Part shown: one piece after another, positions 26,863 through 40,726 of the stretch
Layout: every line of letters begins with the position of its first letter
How positions within the stretch are numbered: the stretch's first letter is position 1
Origin: Octopus vulgaris
Lineage: Eukaryota
Length of the DNA stretch: 64,000 nt
NCBI GenBank assembly: GCA_951406725.2
Contig: OX597817.1
Coordinates: 8,494,001-8,558,000 of the forward strand
Reading direction: 5' to 3'
Notes under the pieces: model-generated
The model's database searches: none
The model's input: the letters and a program-made list of their open reading frames with translations, nothing else
Told to the model about the DNA's origin: nothing
Translations under genes and position numbers: made by a program

Positions 26863-28844
26863 CACACACACACGTGTATATGTGGGTGAGCCTATGTGCG
26901 TATATATTACAGAAAGAATAATTAGGCCTCATTCATCAAGACATTGCAAGGCTTTAATAAACGCATATAATATTTGAATACATTTAACCAAACTAACAAA
27001 GAAGACTCTACATAGTTCAGCTGTCTGCATGATCATAAGGAAAAAACCCAAATCTCTCTCAGAAGTATATCATGCATAATGTGTATAAACCATATCTAAA
27101 TTTGAAACTTGTTGTTTTAACGATTTGTCAGGACTAGACGATTCTGAATGTATGCCAGTCCAATCAGGACTGACTTAGGGTTAAAAACAACAGCACATAA
27201 GCACATAATAAATCAATATTCTGATATTTGGTGTTAGTTTCTGCTTCTTAATTTCTCATTCAGTATTTTAAAGAGAAGCCACGTCTGTCGTTGAAAGAAA
27301 TTGTTGCTCATGTGTATGGCTTATTAATCAACGGAACACTGTTAAATATTGATTTCTTATGGTTTCTGCGCAAGATCAATATTGTGATCTGTTGTCCGTA
27401 AGATGATTTAAGCGCGTTTATAATACATTTTGTTTTTTAATGAAATCCTTCCCGAATAAATATTGGTTTAGAATATTTATTTTTAGTGTAATTCTTATAT
27501 TTTTGTCTTAAACGATCTCATAACTCTTATTGGAGAAATGCATATCATCCCGCATCAAATGTTAATATACTCGTGCTTTAAGCGAAACGGTGTTGGAAAC
27601 GTTTTAAATATTCTGGTTTCGGAATTCTAGTGACTAACTGGAAATTGTTGTTACAGATATCCAGCAGAGGAAGATGACTGTTGTAAGAAGCAACATCTAC
27701 ACATGCGTACATATTACTGTTCATAGTGAAGTTTTAGTATACATAAAGCAGAGGAGATGAGCTATAAAAAGGTGAGAGATTTTTGTTTTAGAGAGGAATA
27801 TATGTAGTTTCGGCGATACAAGGAAGTGACTTGTAAAGTCCAGGTGGAATGAAAGTTTAAGAATATTAAAGAAAAGGAAGAAGAAATGTACTGACTGTTT
27901 CATGTTACTTTTTAAAGTCTATGGAAATTTTAGATGTCTGCGTTTTGAGGCCACATTGATGTTAACCTCTGCAGAGAGCTTAACTAGAGTTTCTGAAGCA
28001 AAGTGAACTCTTCTAGAGGACCAGAAGAGATGGTATTGAACAAGGCAATATGACATAGTTTTCATCCCATCCTGTTTTCATATACCGAAGTCGCTGAATT
28101 ACAATCAACAGCTAATGAAAGAATGCTTGTGTACATGTTTGTAATTTTCCATCTTCTACGTGTCTGGCTTATTCTCTGTGCATAATTTTTCTCTCTTTTT
28201 CTAATTTCTTTCTTTCCATCACACTCTTAAAAAACACACACACCCTCACACTCACACACATATGTGTATGCATGTCTGTATGTTTATATGCATACACACA
28301 TCCATATACCCATACATACAAACACTCATATGTACACATACCTACAGCAGAGTCTCACACATGTGATTAAATGAGTTGAGAAACTTCGATTAAAGACTTT
28401 CGATGGGAAGCTTCAAATTAAAGTCGAAAGGTAATCTATCGGTACTCCGAATCCCAAAACAGGTGAGATAAATGTAATAACAGCAGTTAATCAAAGTGTT
28501 AATCCAATACATCTGGGTGTGTATCTTGTCTTTTAACTGAAGAGTATCTAAGAGAAGAGTTGGAGAATTAAGGGTAGCGTGTTAACAAAACAGAGCGTAT
28601 TAGTTTGTCATTGGTGTGAACGCGAATAAAATAAGTAGACTTCAGAAAAATCGCTTGCCCTCGGCTCTTATTTTTGTCCTCCTCACCCCAGTATCCTACT
28701 CTTCACTCAGCCCATATCATGATACAATTAGCAGTAGGCTGTGTAGTGTTATCTCAGAACATTTACTAGAAAAAGGAGAATGAGCTTTCCATTATTAGCT
28801 ATTAATTATATTATTGAGTGAAGTTAAAATTTATGATGAATTTA

Positions 28845-29132
28845 CCATCTCGGGTGGTGTACAGTCCTTACCCAATGTTCAGAATTTTATTTTCCATGCA
28901 GACTCCGAAGAAGAGAGCAATTTCTATTATCTTTGTAGGCCACTCTGAAACCGGTGATTTGATGCCGTTAATGTTAGGTTTAAACTGTTGCAGATCATCA
29001 GTAACAGGAAAGCTATGTGTAAGGAAGATTATAGAGAACCGATGTTCTGTTAGAGAAGGAATGAGCATAGTGGTTAGCACAGAGCGGGAAGATTAAACAC
29101 AACAAAAGTGACGATAGTTAGAGAGGGAAAAT

Positions 29133-29225
<93 letters not shown>

Positions 29226-30275
29226 GAGTGGACCGGGAGTGGGTACGAGATCAGTCAGTTCTGAGGAGCAAAGCATATTACAGCTTCGATAGGAAAGGTT
29301 GTAAGAAGAGAGAACACGCCTGTGGGCCAGAGGCTGGTGTGTGTCTAGGGAGTAAGTGCAAATTAGCCAAATGGCCCTTCTCTGGGTGCGATCGAAGATG
29401 CGTGTGCGCATAGCAGTAACGTTCTCCGTTAAAAAGGTAAAGGCTACCTTCTCGAGTCATACCGAGTTATAAAGGCCGGTTTCCCAGTTTCATGGCATAA
29501 ATATTCCCCACCTGGACAAGCCGTCTGTCCGTCGCAGGATTACTCATTTTTGTCAGCTGAGTGCATAAAGCAACGTGAAATGAAGTGTTTTGCTCAAAGA
29601 TACAACGCATCGCCCGGTCCAGGAATTGAAACCACAATCTTACGATTATGAATCCAATACCCTAACCACTAAGCCACGTGCCTCCACCTAATCTATTGTG
29701 GACTTTATTTGAAGCGTGTAGAGTGCCAGCGGCTGTTGAGGACTGAAATATTTCCTTGCCTTCAAGAGAAGGGGAAATTTTTGGCTTGCGGTCTTAGCTA
29801 TGTTAAGCATATACTTTCGGTGATAGATTCTCGGTGACAGTGAGTCCCGGCATTTGGAACAACAGTAAGGAGTATAAGTGCTACTTAGACTAATTCCTTA
29901 CAGTTTAAAGTGGGTGTGATGCAGTGGTGTTTTCTCAATATCGGTAATGCTTGAATTTTTCTTGTGTTGAAAAGGTTGGCATGACCTCACTAGAAGACGC
30001 TCTGAAGGTCTCTGCCTATGAAATCAACGCAAAATTTCGCATGTGGTGTCTCGATTGCATGTACGTTTGGAGCTGGTCAGAGAGAAATAAAGATTTGTTC
30101 TATCTGTATGAGAGTAACTGTTGGATGTGGCGGCAAATACGTCATTGCAGAATGGAGAGAGTAAGGAACAGAACGGAACCCGGTGGGACACCCAAAGTTG
30201 ATTGAGAATGGGACGCAAAGAATTGAAAAGTTAACAAAGACCAGCGCAGGGAGAAGAGAGAATTTTAACTGCTGT
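28845..30275 (-). mobile_element. Duplicate of the CR1-like LINE with nested group D SINE (29431-29687)
   Basis: Near-identical to 23650-25080. Confidence 0.8.
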
Positions 30276-31495
30276 TTCTTTCTTTTTTTTTTTTTTGTCA
30301 TCGTTGCTACTGTCGTTATTGTTAGTGTTGCCGTTGCTGTGGTCTTCGATGATCTGATTGCTGTTGTTGTTGTTCATGTATCAGAACTGCTATCGTCGTC
30401 GTCGTTGTTGTTGTTGGTGTTGTGACTGCAGTTATAGTCGTTAAGTGTTGACTTCTGTTGCTGTTTTTGTTGTTAGAGCTGTTAAGTGTGGGCTGTCATC
30501 GTTGACACTTAATACCATCTATGAATACCAACTGCCCTACATTTTCTATTTAGCAGAGGATACTCAAATATGTATGTGTTCTGAATAGCAGAAGATACTG
30601 AAAGATGTCTGCAGAAGTCAACAATGACATTTACACTCCTACCAGTACCTAATTGGGAAAAGATATTAAATTTAACTCATAATTTTTTTTTTGCAGATAA
30701 TTACGACAGTAATGGCTGCTTCGGCAGCCGAGAACTGAAGGATGAAGTATTTTATTTGTCTCATTTCTCACAAATTCAGTGTTTTCTATCCCACCTTCCA
30801 GATTCAATATATAACTTTCAATAGTATAGAGAATTAGAAAATTGAGTTAATCATAAGAAATCAATGTTGAACAATGTTACGAGGGTGGGCTGAAAAGTTC
30901 ATAAGCTGACTAGGAAAGAGTGACGTTAGGGATGTGAAATCCTGCGTGCATTAATTTCAAACTCCTCTTATTAATAACTGCATTGTTTCTTTCCATTTGA
31001 CTGTTTAAAGAAGACTTGAAAAGTAACAAGTAGCAACTTCTTTTGAAAATCAACAAAATTTGGCATTGTGGTGTTATCAAGTACCTACAGAAAAAGGGTT
31101 TATTCCCCAAGGACATTTATGCTGACATGGTTGCTACATTAGGGGATGACGTTTCAGCTTTATTAACAGTGCAAAAGTGGGCAGCTGAAGTTCGGAGGGG
31201 AATAGGGATTCTTGAAGATGACCCTACATCTGGACGTCCTAACAACTGGCACCACCGAGGAAAACACTGATTGGGTTCACCACATGAGGATGAAAGGCGA
31301 TTGATTATACAAAAAATGACTGACACTATTAGTAGATCTAGTGAGGGAGTTGAGAATATTCCGCACAGTGAACTTGGTACGATGAAGGCTTTTTCTCTGT
31401 GGGTGCCACTTCTTTTGACATCTGACGAAATGCACACCGGGCTGAGAATATCACGGGAAAATCTGATATTGTTTGGGGAAGATCCAACTGTTTTC

Positions 31496-31602
31496 AGTCA
31501 TTTGAGATAATAGTTACTTTCCTCGTTGCTTGCATTCTTGCAATTTCGTCTTTTAGTAGTCTGTATTTCTCCATCTTTTCTAGCACTTTGTCATCTACAC
31601 GG
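31496..31602 (-). mobile_element. 107-bp R4-like RLE-domain fragment
   Basis: Minus translation RVDDKVLEKMEKYRLLKDEIARMQATRKVTII fits the K..KY..L segment of RLE endonucleases; absent from duplicate unit 1. Confidence 0.65.
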
Positions 31603-31603
31603 A

Positions 31604-31991
31604 GTGGAGGCGCAATGGCCCAGTGGTTAGGGCAGCGGACTCGCGGTCGTAGGATCGCGGTTTCGATTCCCAGACCGGGTGTTGTGAGTGTTTATTGAGC
31701 GAAAACACCTAAAGCTCCACGAGGCTCCGGCAGGGGATGGTGGTGATCCCTGCTGTACTCTTTCACCACAACTTTCTCTCACTCTTACTTCCTGTTTCTG
31801 TTGTACCTGTATTTCAAAGGGCTAGCCTTGTCACTCTCTGTGTCACGCTGAATATCCCCGAGAACTACGTTAAGGGTTCACGTGTCTGTGGAGTGCTCAG
31901 CCACTTACACGTTAATTTCACGAGCAGGCTGTTCCGTTGATCGGATCAACCGGAACCCTCGTCGTCGTAACCGACGGAGTGGTTCCACAAA
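31604..31991 (+). mobile_element. SINE family B; only the right TSD is retained
   Basis: TCAGAATGAGTA at 31992-32003; left copy missing. Confidence 0.92.
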
Positions 31992-33827
31992 TCAGAATGA
32001 GTATTGCATTCATCACTTTGAGTTAGAGACAAAGAGACAATCCATGCAGTGGAAACACCCCCTCCTCGTCGATTCACCAGCAGGGAAGATGATGGCTTCA
32101 GCTTTATGGGATACAAAATACATTGTGTTTAAAAGGGTCAAACCACCATGGAGAATACTATGCCGACTTGCTGATGCAGTTACGAAAGGCTATCAAGACC
32201 AAATGCCCGAGATAATTGAGAAAAGGGATCTTGTTTCTTCAAGAGAATACCCCTGCACACACAAGTCCTTGGTTTCAATAGCTACAACGCATGACTGTGG
32301 ATTTGAACTGGTCGATCCCCTTCCCTGTTCTCTTGATTTGGATCTGTATGACTATCATCTGTTCCCAAACATGAAAAAAACCCCACTTGACTGGGAACCA
32401 GTGTCGCAGTGATGACGTCATATCTGCTGTTTATGACTTTTTTGACCAACAGGATGAAATCTTCTTCACAAATGAGATCCAAACATTGGAACTCCGATGG
32501 ACGAAGTGTGTGGACCGGAAGGAGACTATGTTGAAAAATAGACCTCATTTGGTCACATTGTAAGAGAATATCTTGGTCAGTCTATGAACGTTGTAGCTGA
32601 CCTTCGTAACTTGATAAGCCATATGCATGGGTAACAATTTCACATTTACATTAAAGAATTAAGTTTATGATAGTTGGAGTTTAGTTTCTTTGGAGATATC
32701 CACAAAAATCGTGGTTTCTCACAACGGCTACATGTTTATAGCAAGTGGTGGGGGTTAAGTCAACAATAGTATACGCCTCGTATTTGTTAAAACCACAAAT
32801 GTAAAGTGGAAGGTAGGATGGAACCCAGACCTACTGATAACAAAGAAACTATCTTTTCAAGTATTTCAATATGGCACTCAATCGTTTCGGTCAGTGACAT
32901 CAGCCATCATCATTGCCGCAGCCTCGTTCTGAGTGTGTTTGTAGTTCGTCAGCTTCTTTGTTAAACAGAATTACATGCAGTATTTATATGCAGCAATATG
33001 GGTTAAAATGTATTGGAATTTCAGTAACAATAACAGTCATGCAAATCGTAACGAACAGTCTCGTCTTACATTCATATTATTTGAATGATCAGTTTTGAAG
33101 GAAAATCCGGTTTATTTGTCAACGTTTATTTATTTTTTTTTTGCCTTTTCTAAAGCCTTCAAGCTTGTAATAAATACCCATAAATACACTACAAAGAAAC
33201 TCGTTTCGTTTATGTAATAATGCTTCACCCTCCGCCCAGTTTCTTTTAAAAAGTATATATAGTGAAATCTTTCACATGCTAGAACGACAGATGACTCACG
33301 ATCACATTTACTTCCGGTTTCATTAGCATGAGCAGAAAGAAAGACATTTTCCGCTCCTTGACAAAGTGCTAGTCAATCCCAGATTACCTTTCCCAGACAG
33401 AGTTATTAACCAACATTTAGTTGTCAACGTGGGAAGCGACTTTGCAATTCGAGCTAACACGATATCCATTGAGAAGAAACATTATAGCTTAGTTAGAGAA
33501 GAAAGGACAGTGCGCATGCCTATTTTCTCAAGTTTTGCTTTAAACTGTAGAAGGAAAGGGACCTAACTCGAACGCTTCTAACAGACTGGATGTCAATAAA
33601 GCACACAAGAGCCTAAAGGTTGTGTTAAAACGAGTAACGGATGAAACCAACTATGGAAACACACTAGAGGATCCTCTAAAGGTTCTCTATAAAATTTTCT
33701 ATAAAATCCTCTAAAGGTTTTCTATAAGAATTTTGAGCGAGAAATTGTGAATGAAAAGAGTTGCAGCAGAATCTGTACCTCGTTCGCTCACAGAAGACTA
33801 AAAGCAGTTATGACCGAATGCGTGACC

Positions 33828-33917
<90 letters not shown>

Positions 33918-35664
33918 GGGAATTCCAACCTTGTCTGATTTTCACGTTTTATTTACAATCTTATAATGATATAATATAATATAATATAATATAATATAAT
34001 AAAATAAAATAAAATAATAGAATGTTAAATGTTCATTCTGATTGAACTAGTACTTTCATGCATTAAATTCTGCAATCTTCAGGTTCATGTAGTAGTGGTG
34101 ACAGTCATGCTTCACAATTTTTGACTGTCATATATATAAATATATATATATGTATATATTTATATATATACACTCAAACAAATAGCTACATACACACATA
34201 TATATATAATGTATATTTATATATAGATGTATATATCACGTACTTGGATGACCATTGACCCTACTGATTTCTTCCGCCCTTTGACGGGTTTTCCCCATCT
34301 CACGATGTCTATAAACCGACAGACCAAGCAGGTGCGAATTCATTCTACCAGGGTATGTTGGACTCTAAGCCATGCCAAATGCAACTGACATAGGAGATGG
34401 AAAACTATAAGAGAAAACACTGAGCTATGTTGTTGATTGAGTTCGTGGCAAACACACGCACCGACTATCTGTTATCAGCAATTTTCGAAAAGCGTGGCTG
34501 GTTCTACACAAGCCTTTACTGAAAGTAAATCTGGGTGAGTAGTCTAGCCGGCATATAATATATTGGTTGCTAGAACTTCACACGTATGTGTGTGTGTGTG
34601 TGTGTATGTATGCATGAACATAAGTATTATGTATATAGGGATACAAATACACACACATATATGTATAAACACCCACCCACATACATAGTTACATAACAAT
34701 ACATACATACATATTGAATACATAGAACTTTTACAAGTGCTGTGAAACGGGTTAACATTTTAAAAGAATGAAAGTATGTCTTACATTTTTAACGTGTTAC
34801 CTTAACGAACCCGTGAGACTGCCACGTAACACTTAATTCATAAATGTTACATATTTCGCTGTTGTTATTATTTTCCCTCGGAATATTTCCCTCACTTTCC
34901 GCCCTCATTTCCTGTCTTCTTACCCCACCAACGATGCTTTCTAACTCCCACCATTGTCATTAAAACTTGAAATTTAGTTTTCCGTTTATAAACAATAGCC
35001 GCAAACACGACAAAAACGCAAAAACTACTGCTGCTTCTGCCTACTGCTACTACTACTGCGAAGAAGCAACCACGTAGTCACTCGACCTGCTAAAAATAGA
35101 TGGTAAATGTTCAGATTGCTGCTGTAGTCAGTTGAGACCTGTTTGTCTTCGCCACTGTCACAGATCTCACATTGCGTAAAACGTATCGAAGGACAAACTC
35201 TATTAACCCTCAATGGTACTTGAATATTTTGATAAGGTCTTGATCAAAGAGAAAATAAATTGTGCTAAAACAGTTTAGCTTCGTCAACGACTCACCTTGC
35301 TTCCCTATAGATACCAGGCAGAAGAAAATAAGTCTTCCCTTCTCGCCAATGGAAGGCGATGGGTTAATTTTAACAATACACACGGTTGATAACAGGTTCT
35401 GTCTTAGATATGAGAGCATCTTTTCAACAACCAAACCGACAAGTTGGCAATGCATGAACATTGAATGGATGCGTGCAGAACGGTTTCGACGCCCAACAGG
35501 AGCTAAATCACAGGATATAGATTTTGGTGTAGTGGGTATAAACGATTAAATCGATTTCAATAGTTTATAGATATCTGCTTTAGTCGAGTGTTAGGATAGC
35601 AACAAATTCCTCTGAAATTGTATTTAAAAAAATTACATTGTATGAGATGGTCCTAGATGTACCT

Positions 35665-36040
35665 TATTCTTTTACATGTTTCATTCATTATCACTGCGGC
35701 CTCGCTGAAGCACCGCCTTAAAGGGTTTTAGTCGAAGAACTCGACTTGAGAAGTTGTACTTTGTAAGCCTAGTACTTATTCTATCAGTCTCTTTTTATGC
35801 CGAACCGCTAAGTTACGGGGATATAAACACACCAACATCAGTTGTTTAGCGGTGGGGGTGGGGACAAACACACACATACATATACTTTTAGTTTTCGTCT
35901 ACCAAGGATTCGACTGACAAGGATTTCGTCGGCTCGAGGCTATATTTGAAGGCCCTTGCCCAAGGGTGCCACGCAGTGGGACTGAACCTGGAACTATGTG
36001 GTTGCGAAGCAAGCTTCTTACCACACAGCCACGCCTGCAC
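35665..36040 (-). mobile_element. SINE family A (older copy)
   Basis: Diverged match. Confidence 0.82.
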
Positions 36041-36364
36041 TTATTATACTTGAGGCCAAAAAAAAAAAGTGGTGATTGAAATGATCTTCGTCCCAATTCT
36101 GCCCAATCAAGGCGTGTCTGGAGTTTAACAGAAACAGTAACAGATACAATAACATAAACAAAAGAATGCTAATTGAGAGAGTAGATACTACATTGCAGTT
36201 CATGTAGATCTAAATCTCCGCCTGTATGGGATTGGAGAAAAACATTTAAAAATAGAATATATGTAGAAAGACGTGTGAAATACTTTCATTCTATATTTAA
36301 CACAATCGTTTGTTTTGCTTTTGTCTGTCATTATATTTCCTTATTTATGAGTTTAAATACCGTC

Positions 36365-36720
36365 CAAGTCGACTTTGCCATTCAGACTCTCGCAGTCGAT
36401 AAAATAAGTACCAGTTGAGCACTGGAGTCGACGAAATTATCTTTCCCTTCCCTATAAATTTCAGGCTTTGTGCTTACAGAAGAAGGAACTATATTTCCCT
36501 ATTTGAAGGTGACGAACTGGAAGAATCTTTCGCACGCCGGACAAAATTCTTAGTGGCATTTCTGCCGTCTTTTTATGTTCTGATTTTAAATTCCGATAAT
36601 CTCAATTATGCATTTCAAACTTGGGATCACCAAAAATGATTACCAGTAGAGAACTACGGTTAATGCAATTGACTAAACCCCTCCCCTGAAATTTCAGCTC
36701 TTGTGCCATAATTTGAAACA
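36365..36720 (+). mobile_element. Two old tandem SINE family C remnants
   Basis: GTCGACTTTGCC...GTCGATAAAATAAGTACCAG and a second degenerate copy. Confidence 0.65.
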
Positions 36721-37188
36721 AAATTTCCTTATAATTGTTCACTTAGAGACTGTATCGTTCTTCAATCAAGTTTTTCAAAGATCGCTGAGTATTTTTCAAA
36801 ACTGGACATGAATCTCGGTTAGTAGCCAAGTTTCAGTTGTTTTTTTCTTTTTTCCCTAATTGCCTTTAAAGTCAAAATCTGCTCAAAATGAATTCTCATT
36901 TTCTCTTTCGTATCGACAAATATGAATTATCTGATGTTCGTGGAATTATCTCCCTTGCTTACTGTCTTTTGAAATACATTTAGATCACAAAAACTACTAT
37001 ATAAAAAGTTTCTGTATTCTAATTGTAACAATAGTTTCGGTTAACCTAAGTTTTCCAATTCTTTGTATTACATATAGGAGTCCCTTATCGTCTTTGTATT
37101 TTTAATACGTAGAACGCTCTGTTGAAGGATTTTCTCTCGTCTTTATTTTTGACATTCTTAGAGTCCCTATTCCGTAACCCTCCTCTCT

Positions 37189-37236
<48 letters not shown>

Positions 37237-37307
37237 GGGTGTGTATGATTATGTAAAGAAGAATACATTACTCAAAGAAATTTGAGACAAAGTTGGAATT
37301 TCTGTGA

Positions 37308-37358
<51 letters not shown>

Positions 37359-37365
<7 letters not shown>

Positions 37366-37641
37366 GAAATTGGCGACGTACCGTAAAAGAGGGAACACAA
37401 AGGAGTGACAAGGAGAGAGAGGAGAAATGGAAAGACAAGAAAAGACGTCAACAAGAAACTATGACATTACAACCAGCCAGGAACAGTCTTCGCTACATTT
37501 GCGGCACCTGCCAGAGGGAGTATTTGTCCAGGATAGGACTACACAGCCACAGCAGGAAATGTATTAGGACATGAAATGTAAAAGCCGGACTAGTCTATTT
37601 TAAGCACAACTCCATTACCTCCCAAGACAATAAGGATGCCA
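37359..37641 (+). mobile_element. RTE-clade LINE 3' end
   Basis: KDKKRRQQ...YICGTCQREYLSRIGLHSHSRKC (RTE C-terminal C2H2-like SRIGL.SH motif), short 3' UTR, (TA)n on both sides. Confidence 0.82.
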
Positions 37642-37915
37642 ATATATATATATGAAGGGGATTTTTCCTTGTGCAGCATGTCCTGTACTTCGTTTTTCTG
37701 CTGTACATAATTGTTCTTCCCGTTTTCGTTTCGTCTTGTTCCACGTCTCTGTCCTTCTGTTGTAACAAAATGGCTTTTCCATTTTCGTTTCTGTTGATTT
37801 TTACGTCTTCTTGTGGTGTCCTGTACGTATATATATTTATATATGCATGTATATATACATGTAGATGTCGGTACGTACATATATGTTTGTATGTATGCAT
37901 ATATTTTATTTATTA

Positions 37916-37957
<42 letters not shown>

Positions 37958-38421
37958 TTGGAGAGAAGAGTTTTTTCTCCTCTCCAACTATTATAATTGT
38001 ATCAAGGAATTTCCGAATACTCCAAATATATATATTTATATATATACATATATACATCCTACTTCCCTCCAATCACATGACTAATTTTTGTCCACCACGC
38101 GGTGGATCTCCTGTCGGTATATTCCAAGTAACTGCTGTCGCTGATATACCGGCATCAAGCTATGACACCGCCTGACCTTCTTCGACCAATCGCAGCCCAT
38201 CTTACGGTAATAAGGATCAACTTCTCTCATTCAGATTCTAAATAGTCGAAGATTAGCATCACGCTAGAAACTCGGAGTACCAGCGAATTTGGTTTGAGAG
38301 TGAGTCTAAAAAATATTTCTAAGCAGTTTTATGGAAAAAAGTCGAACGTGATTAAGAATGGTAAAGTAATGCATGAATTGAAGATAACGATAGGAAGATG
38401 ATTAAATGATTTCATATCACA

Positions 38422-39228
38422 CTAGTAGTATCGCCCGGCGTTGCTCGGGTTTGTAAGGGAAATAACTATATAAACATTTTTAGAGAGTTATAGCCAAAAA
38501 ATAGCAAAAAATGCATCAAAAGTGGGAAAAAATGATGGTAATTTTTTTTTAAAATCGTTGACTCATCGTAGACATTTTTAGAGAGTTACTTCCCTTATAT
38601 AATATCGAAAAAATGCATTAAAATGGAAAAAAATGATGGTAAATTTTTTTTAAATCGTAGACTCATCGTAGACTCGCGCTAATACCCAGAAGGGCTCGAT
38701 ATGAATCACGACTATAAGATACCCGGTTTTGGTTAAACTGCACCGCAAAATGTGGGAGTAGTTAGGAATCTAAATCGTAGGAGACAGACACACAACTTCA
38801 CTTTTATATATAAAGACTAGCAGTATCGCCCGGCGTTGCTCGGGTTTGTAAGAGCAATAACTATATAAGCATTTTTAGAGAGTTATAGCCAAAAAATAGC
38901 AAAAAATGCATAAAAAATGGAAAAAAATGATGGTAAATTTTTTTTAAATCGTTGACTCATCGTAGACATTCTCATCGTAGACATTTTTAGAGAGTTACTT
39001 CCCTTATATAATATCGAAAAAATGCATTAAAATGGAAAAAAATTATGGTAATTTTTTTTTAAATCGTAGACTCATCGTAGACGCGCGCTAATACCCAGAA
39101 GGGCTCGAAATGAATCACGACTATAAGATACCCGGTTTTGGTTAAACTGCACCGCAAAATGTGGGAGTAGTTAGGAATCTAAATCGTAGGAGACAGACAG
39201 CACACAACCTCTCTTTTATATATAAAGA
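38422..39228 (-). mobile_element. Head-to-tail dimer of a non-autonomous Helitron (units 38422-38816 and 38817-39228)
   Basis: On the minus strand each unit starts TC(TTTATATATAAAAG) and ends CTAG, with GC hairpin CCCGAGCAACGCCGGG ~10 nt upstream; inserted at A|T with no TSD. Confidence 0.92.
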
Positions 39229-39627
39229 TATGCTGCCATATAGAATGACTGCGTGGCTGTATTACAAAAGATAGACTCTCGTGTTTCCCATGTTTACTAT
39301 TTTCTATATTTAAATTGTGTAGATAAAAACCACATATTGAGGTTTAAATAATTTACGTAAGGTTCTGAGTAAACACTAGAAATTTACGTAAGATTTTAAG
39401 TAAACACGAAAATTTTGTGCGCTTTATGAATGACAAATATCATACAAAAACATTTGATTGCACAAGAATCAACTTGAGGATAGATAAGTAAAATAAATAA
39501 GCATTGAAATTCACAATAAAAAAGGTAAAGAAGAATAGAGATAAAAATAGAGAGAAGAAAAAGAAAATATCGGCGACCTGCATTTTAGGAAAAGGCAACT
39601 TGCATTTCACAACGACAATGTAAGTTA

Positions 39628-39882
39628 ATATTGTTATATTTCGGAATGGTCATATTGCCAGTTTAGCCAATAAAAACACACGCACTATATATTTGGTGTT
39701 ATTTTGCTTCAGTGATATTTATTTTTTACACATTAATCACTGAAGCAAAATAACACCAAATATATAGTGCTTGCGTTTTTATTGGCTAAACTGGCAATAT
39801 GACCATTCCGAAATATAACAATATCTGTTTCAACACACGACTTCACATAAAAAATCTTGCACAACAAATATTTAAACGTACT
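39628..39882. mobile_element. Asymmetric fold-back element 1 (89-bp inverted arms plus 58-nt tail)
   Basis: Arms 39628-39716 and 39736-39824 (2 mismatches); flanking direct repeat AATGTAAGTTAA at 39617-39628 and 39883-39894. Confidence 0.85.
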
Positions 39883-40726
39883 AATGTAAGTTAAATATTC
39901 GTTAAATCGTAGACGTTACTGAATTTCACTACAAAATATAAATAAAATTTTGCCCAGCATTATCTGCTTTTTCAGGTGTTTCTATCAAGATATACAAAGA
40001 CTTGATCGAAGCAGTAAGCTTACATGTGAAAGAAAAAAAATTATATTAAAGAGAAAGATTACAAGATCGCTGCGTGTTACTATGGAACTGGATAAAAGGA
40101 CTAATATTTCAAATACAATTTAATGCTCTACAGTTGTAGATTATATTGGACTGCGTGAAATTAAAGAAAGCTTCGGAAAATTTCACAAACATGAGCACAG
40201 AACTACTTGTGTAACAAAATGCATATTTATAGATTTAAACAAATATACTTGTGCTCAGGCACTTGTAGCACAGATGTATAACGTCGTGTCGATGACACTG
40301 TGTAACACGATTTTGTCCTTGGGTAGGAAGTGTTATTTCCTATTTGCTTACCTCTAGAAAGTATGAAAAATGGTTAATATTTCCTTCAAACTTTGCTTTT
40401 GTTACATTTATTCTAACCCCACAAAATCAACTAGTTTCTGGTGTTGAATTATATTCTTAGATAATATATTTAACCTTTACAAGTTTTGTGTATCTTATAA
40501 AAGGTTTCGAAGAATCTCAACGATCTAAAAGTAATCAGCAATTAATAATATATTCTAGCAAAATTCACAATGCCTTATATCACTGAGATTAGAATTTGAC
40601 TGTTATTATATTTCGTCGATTCTGAAAGGATTAAGACAAAGTTTATCTTGGCAAGATTTGAACTCAGAACGAAAGGGGTCGGAAGCAGTAATTTGTTCCA
40701 CACTTTAACAATTTTGTTAATCAACC

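Larger units (their letters stand above)
30880..32606 (+). mobile_element. Full-length dead mariner transposon (transposase pseudogene)
   Basis: Imperfect TIRs flanked by TA on both sides; HTH, WVPLLLT, GKMMASALWD and PCSLDLDLYDYHLFPNMKK (YSPDLAPSDYHLF) motifs; stops, frameshifts and a SINE insertion. Confidence 0.93.
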
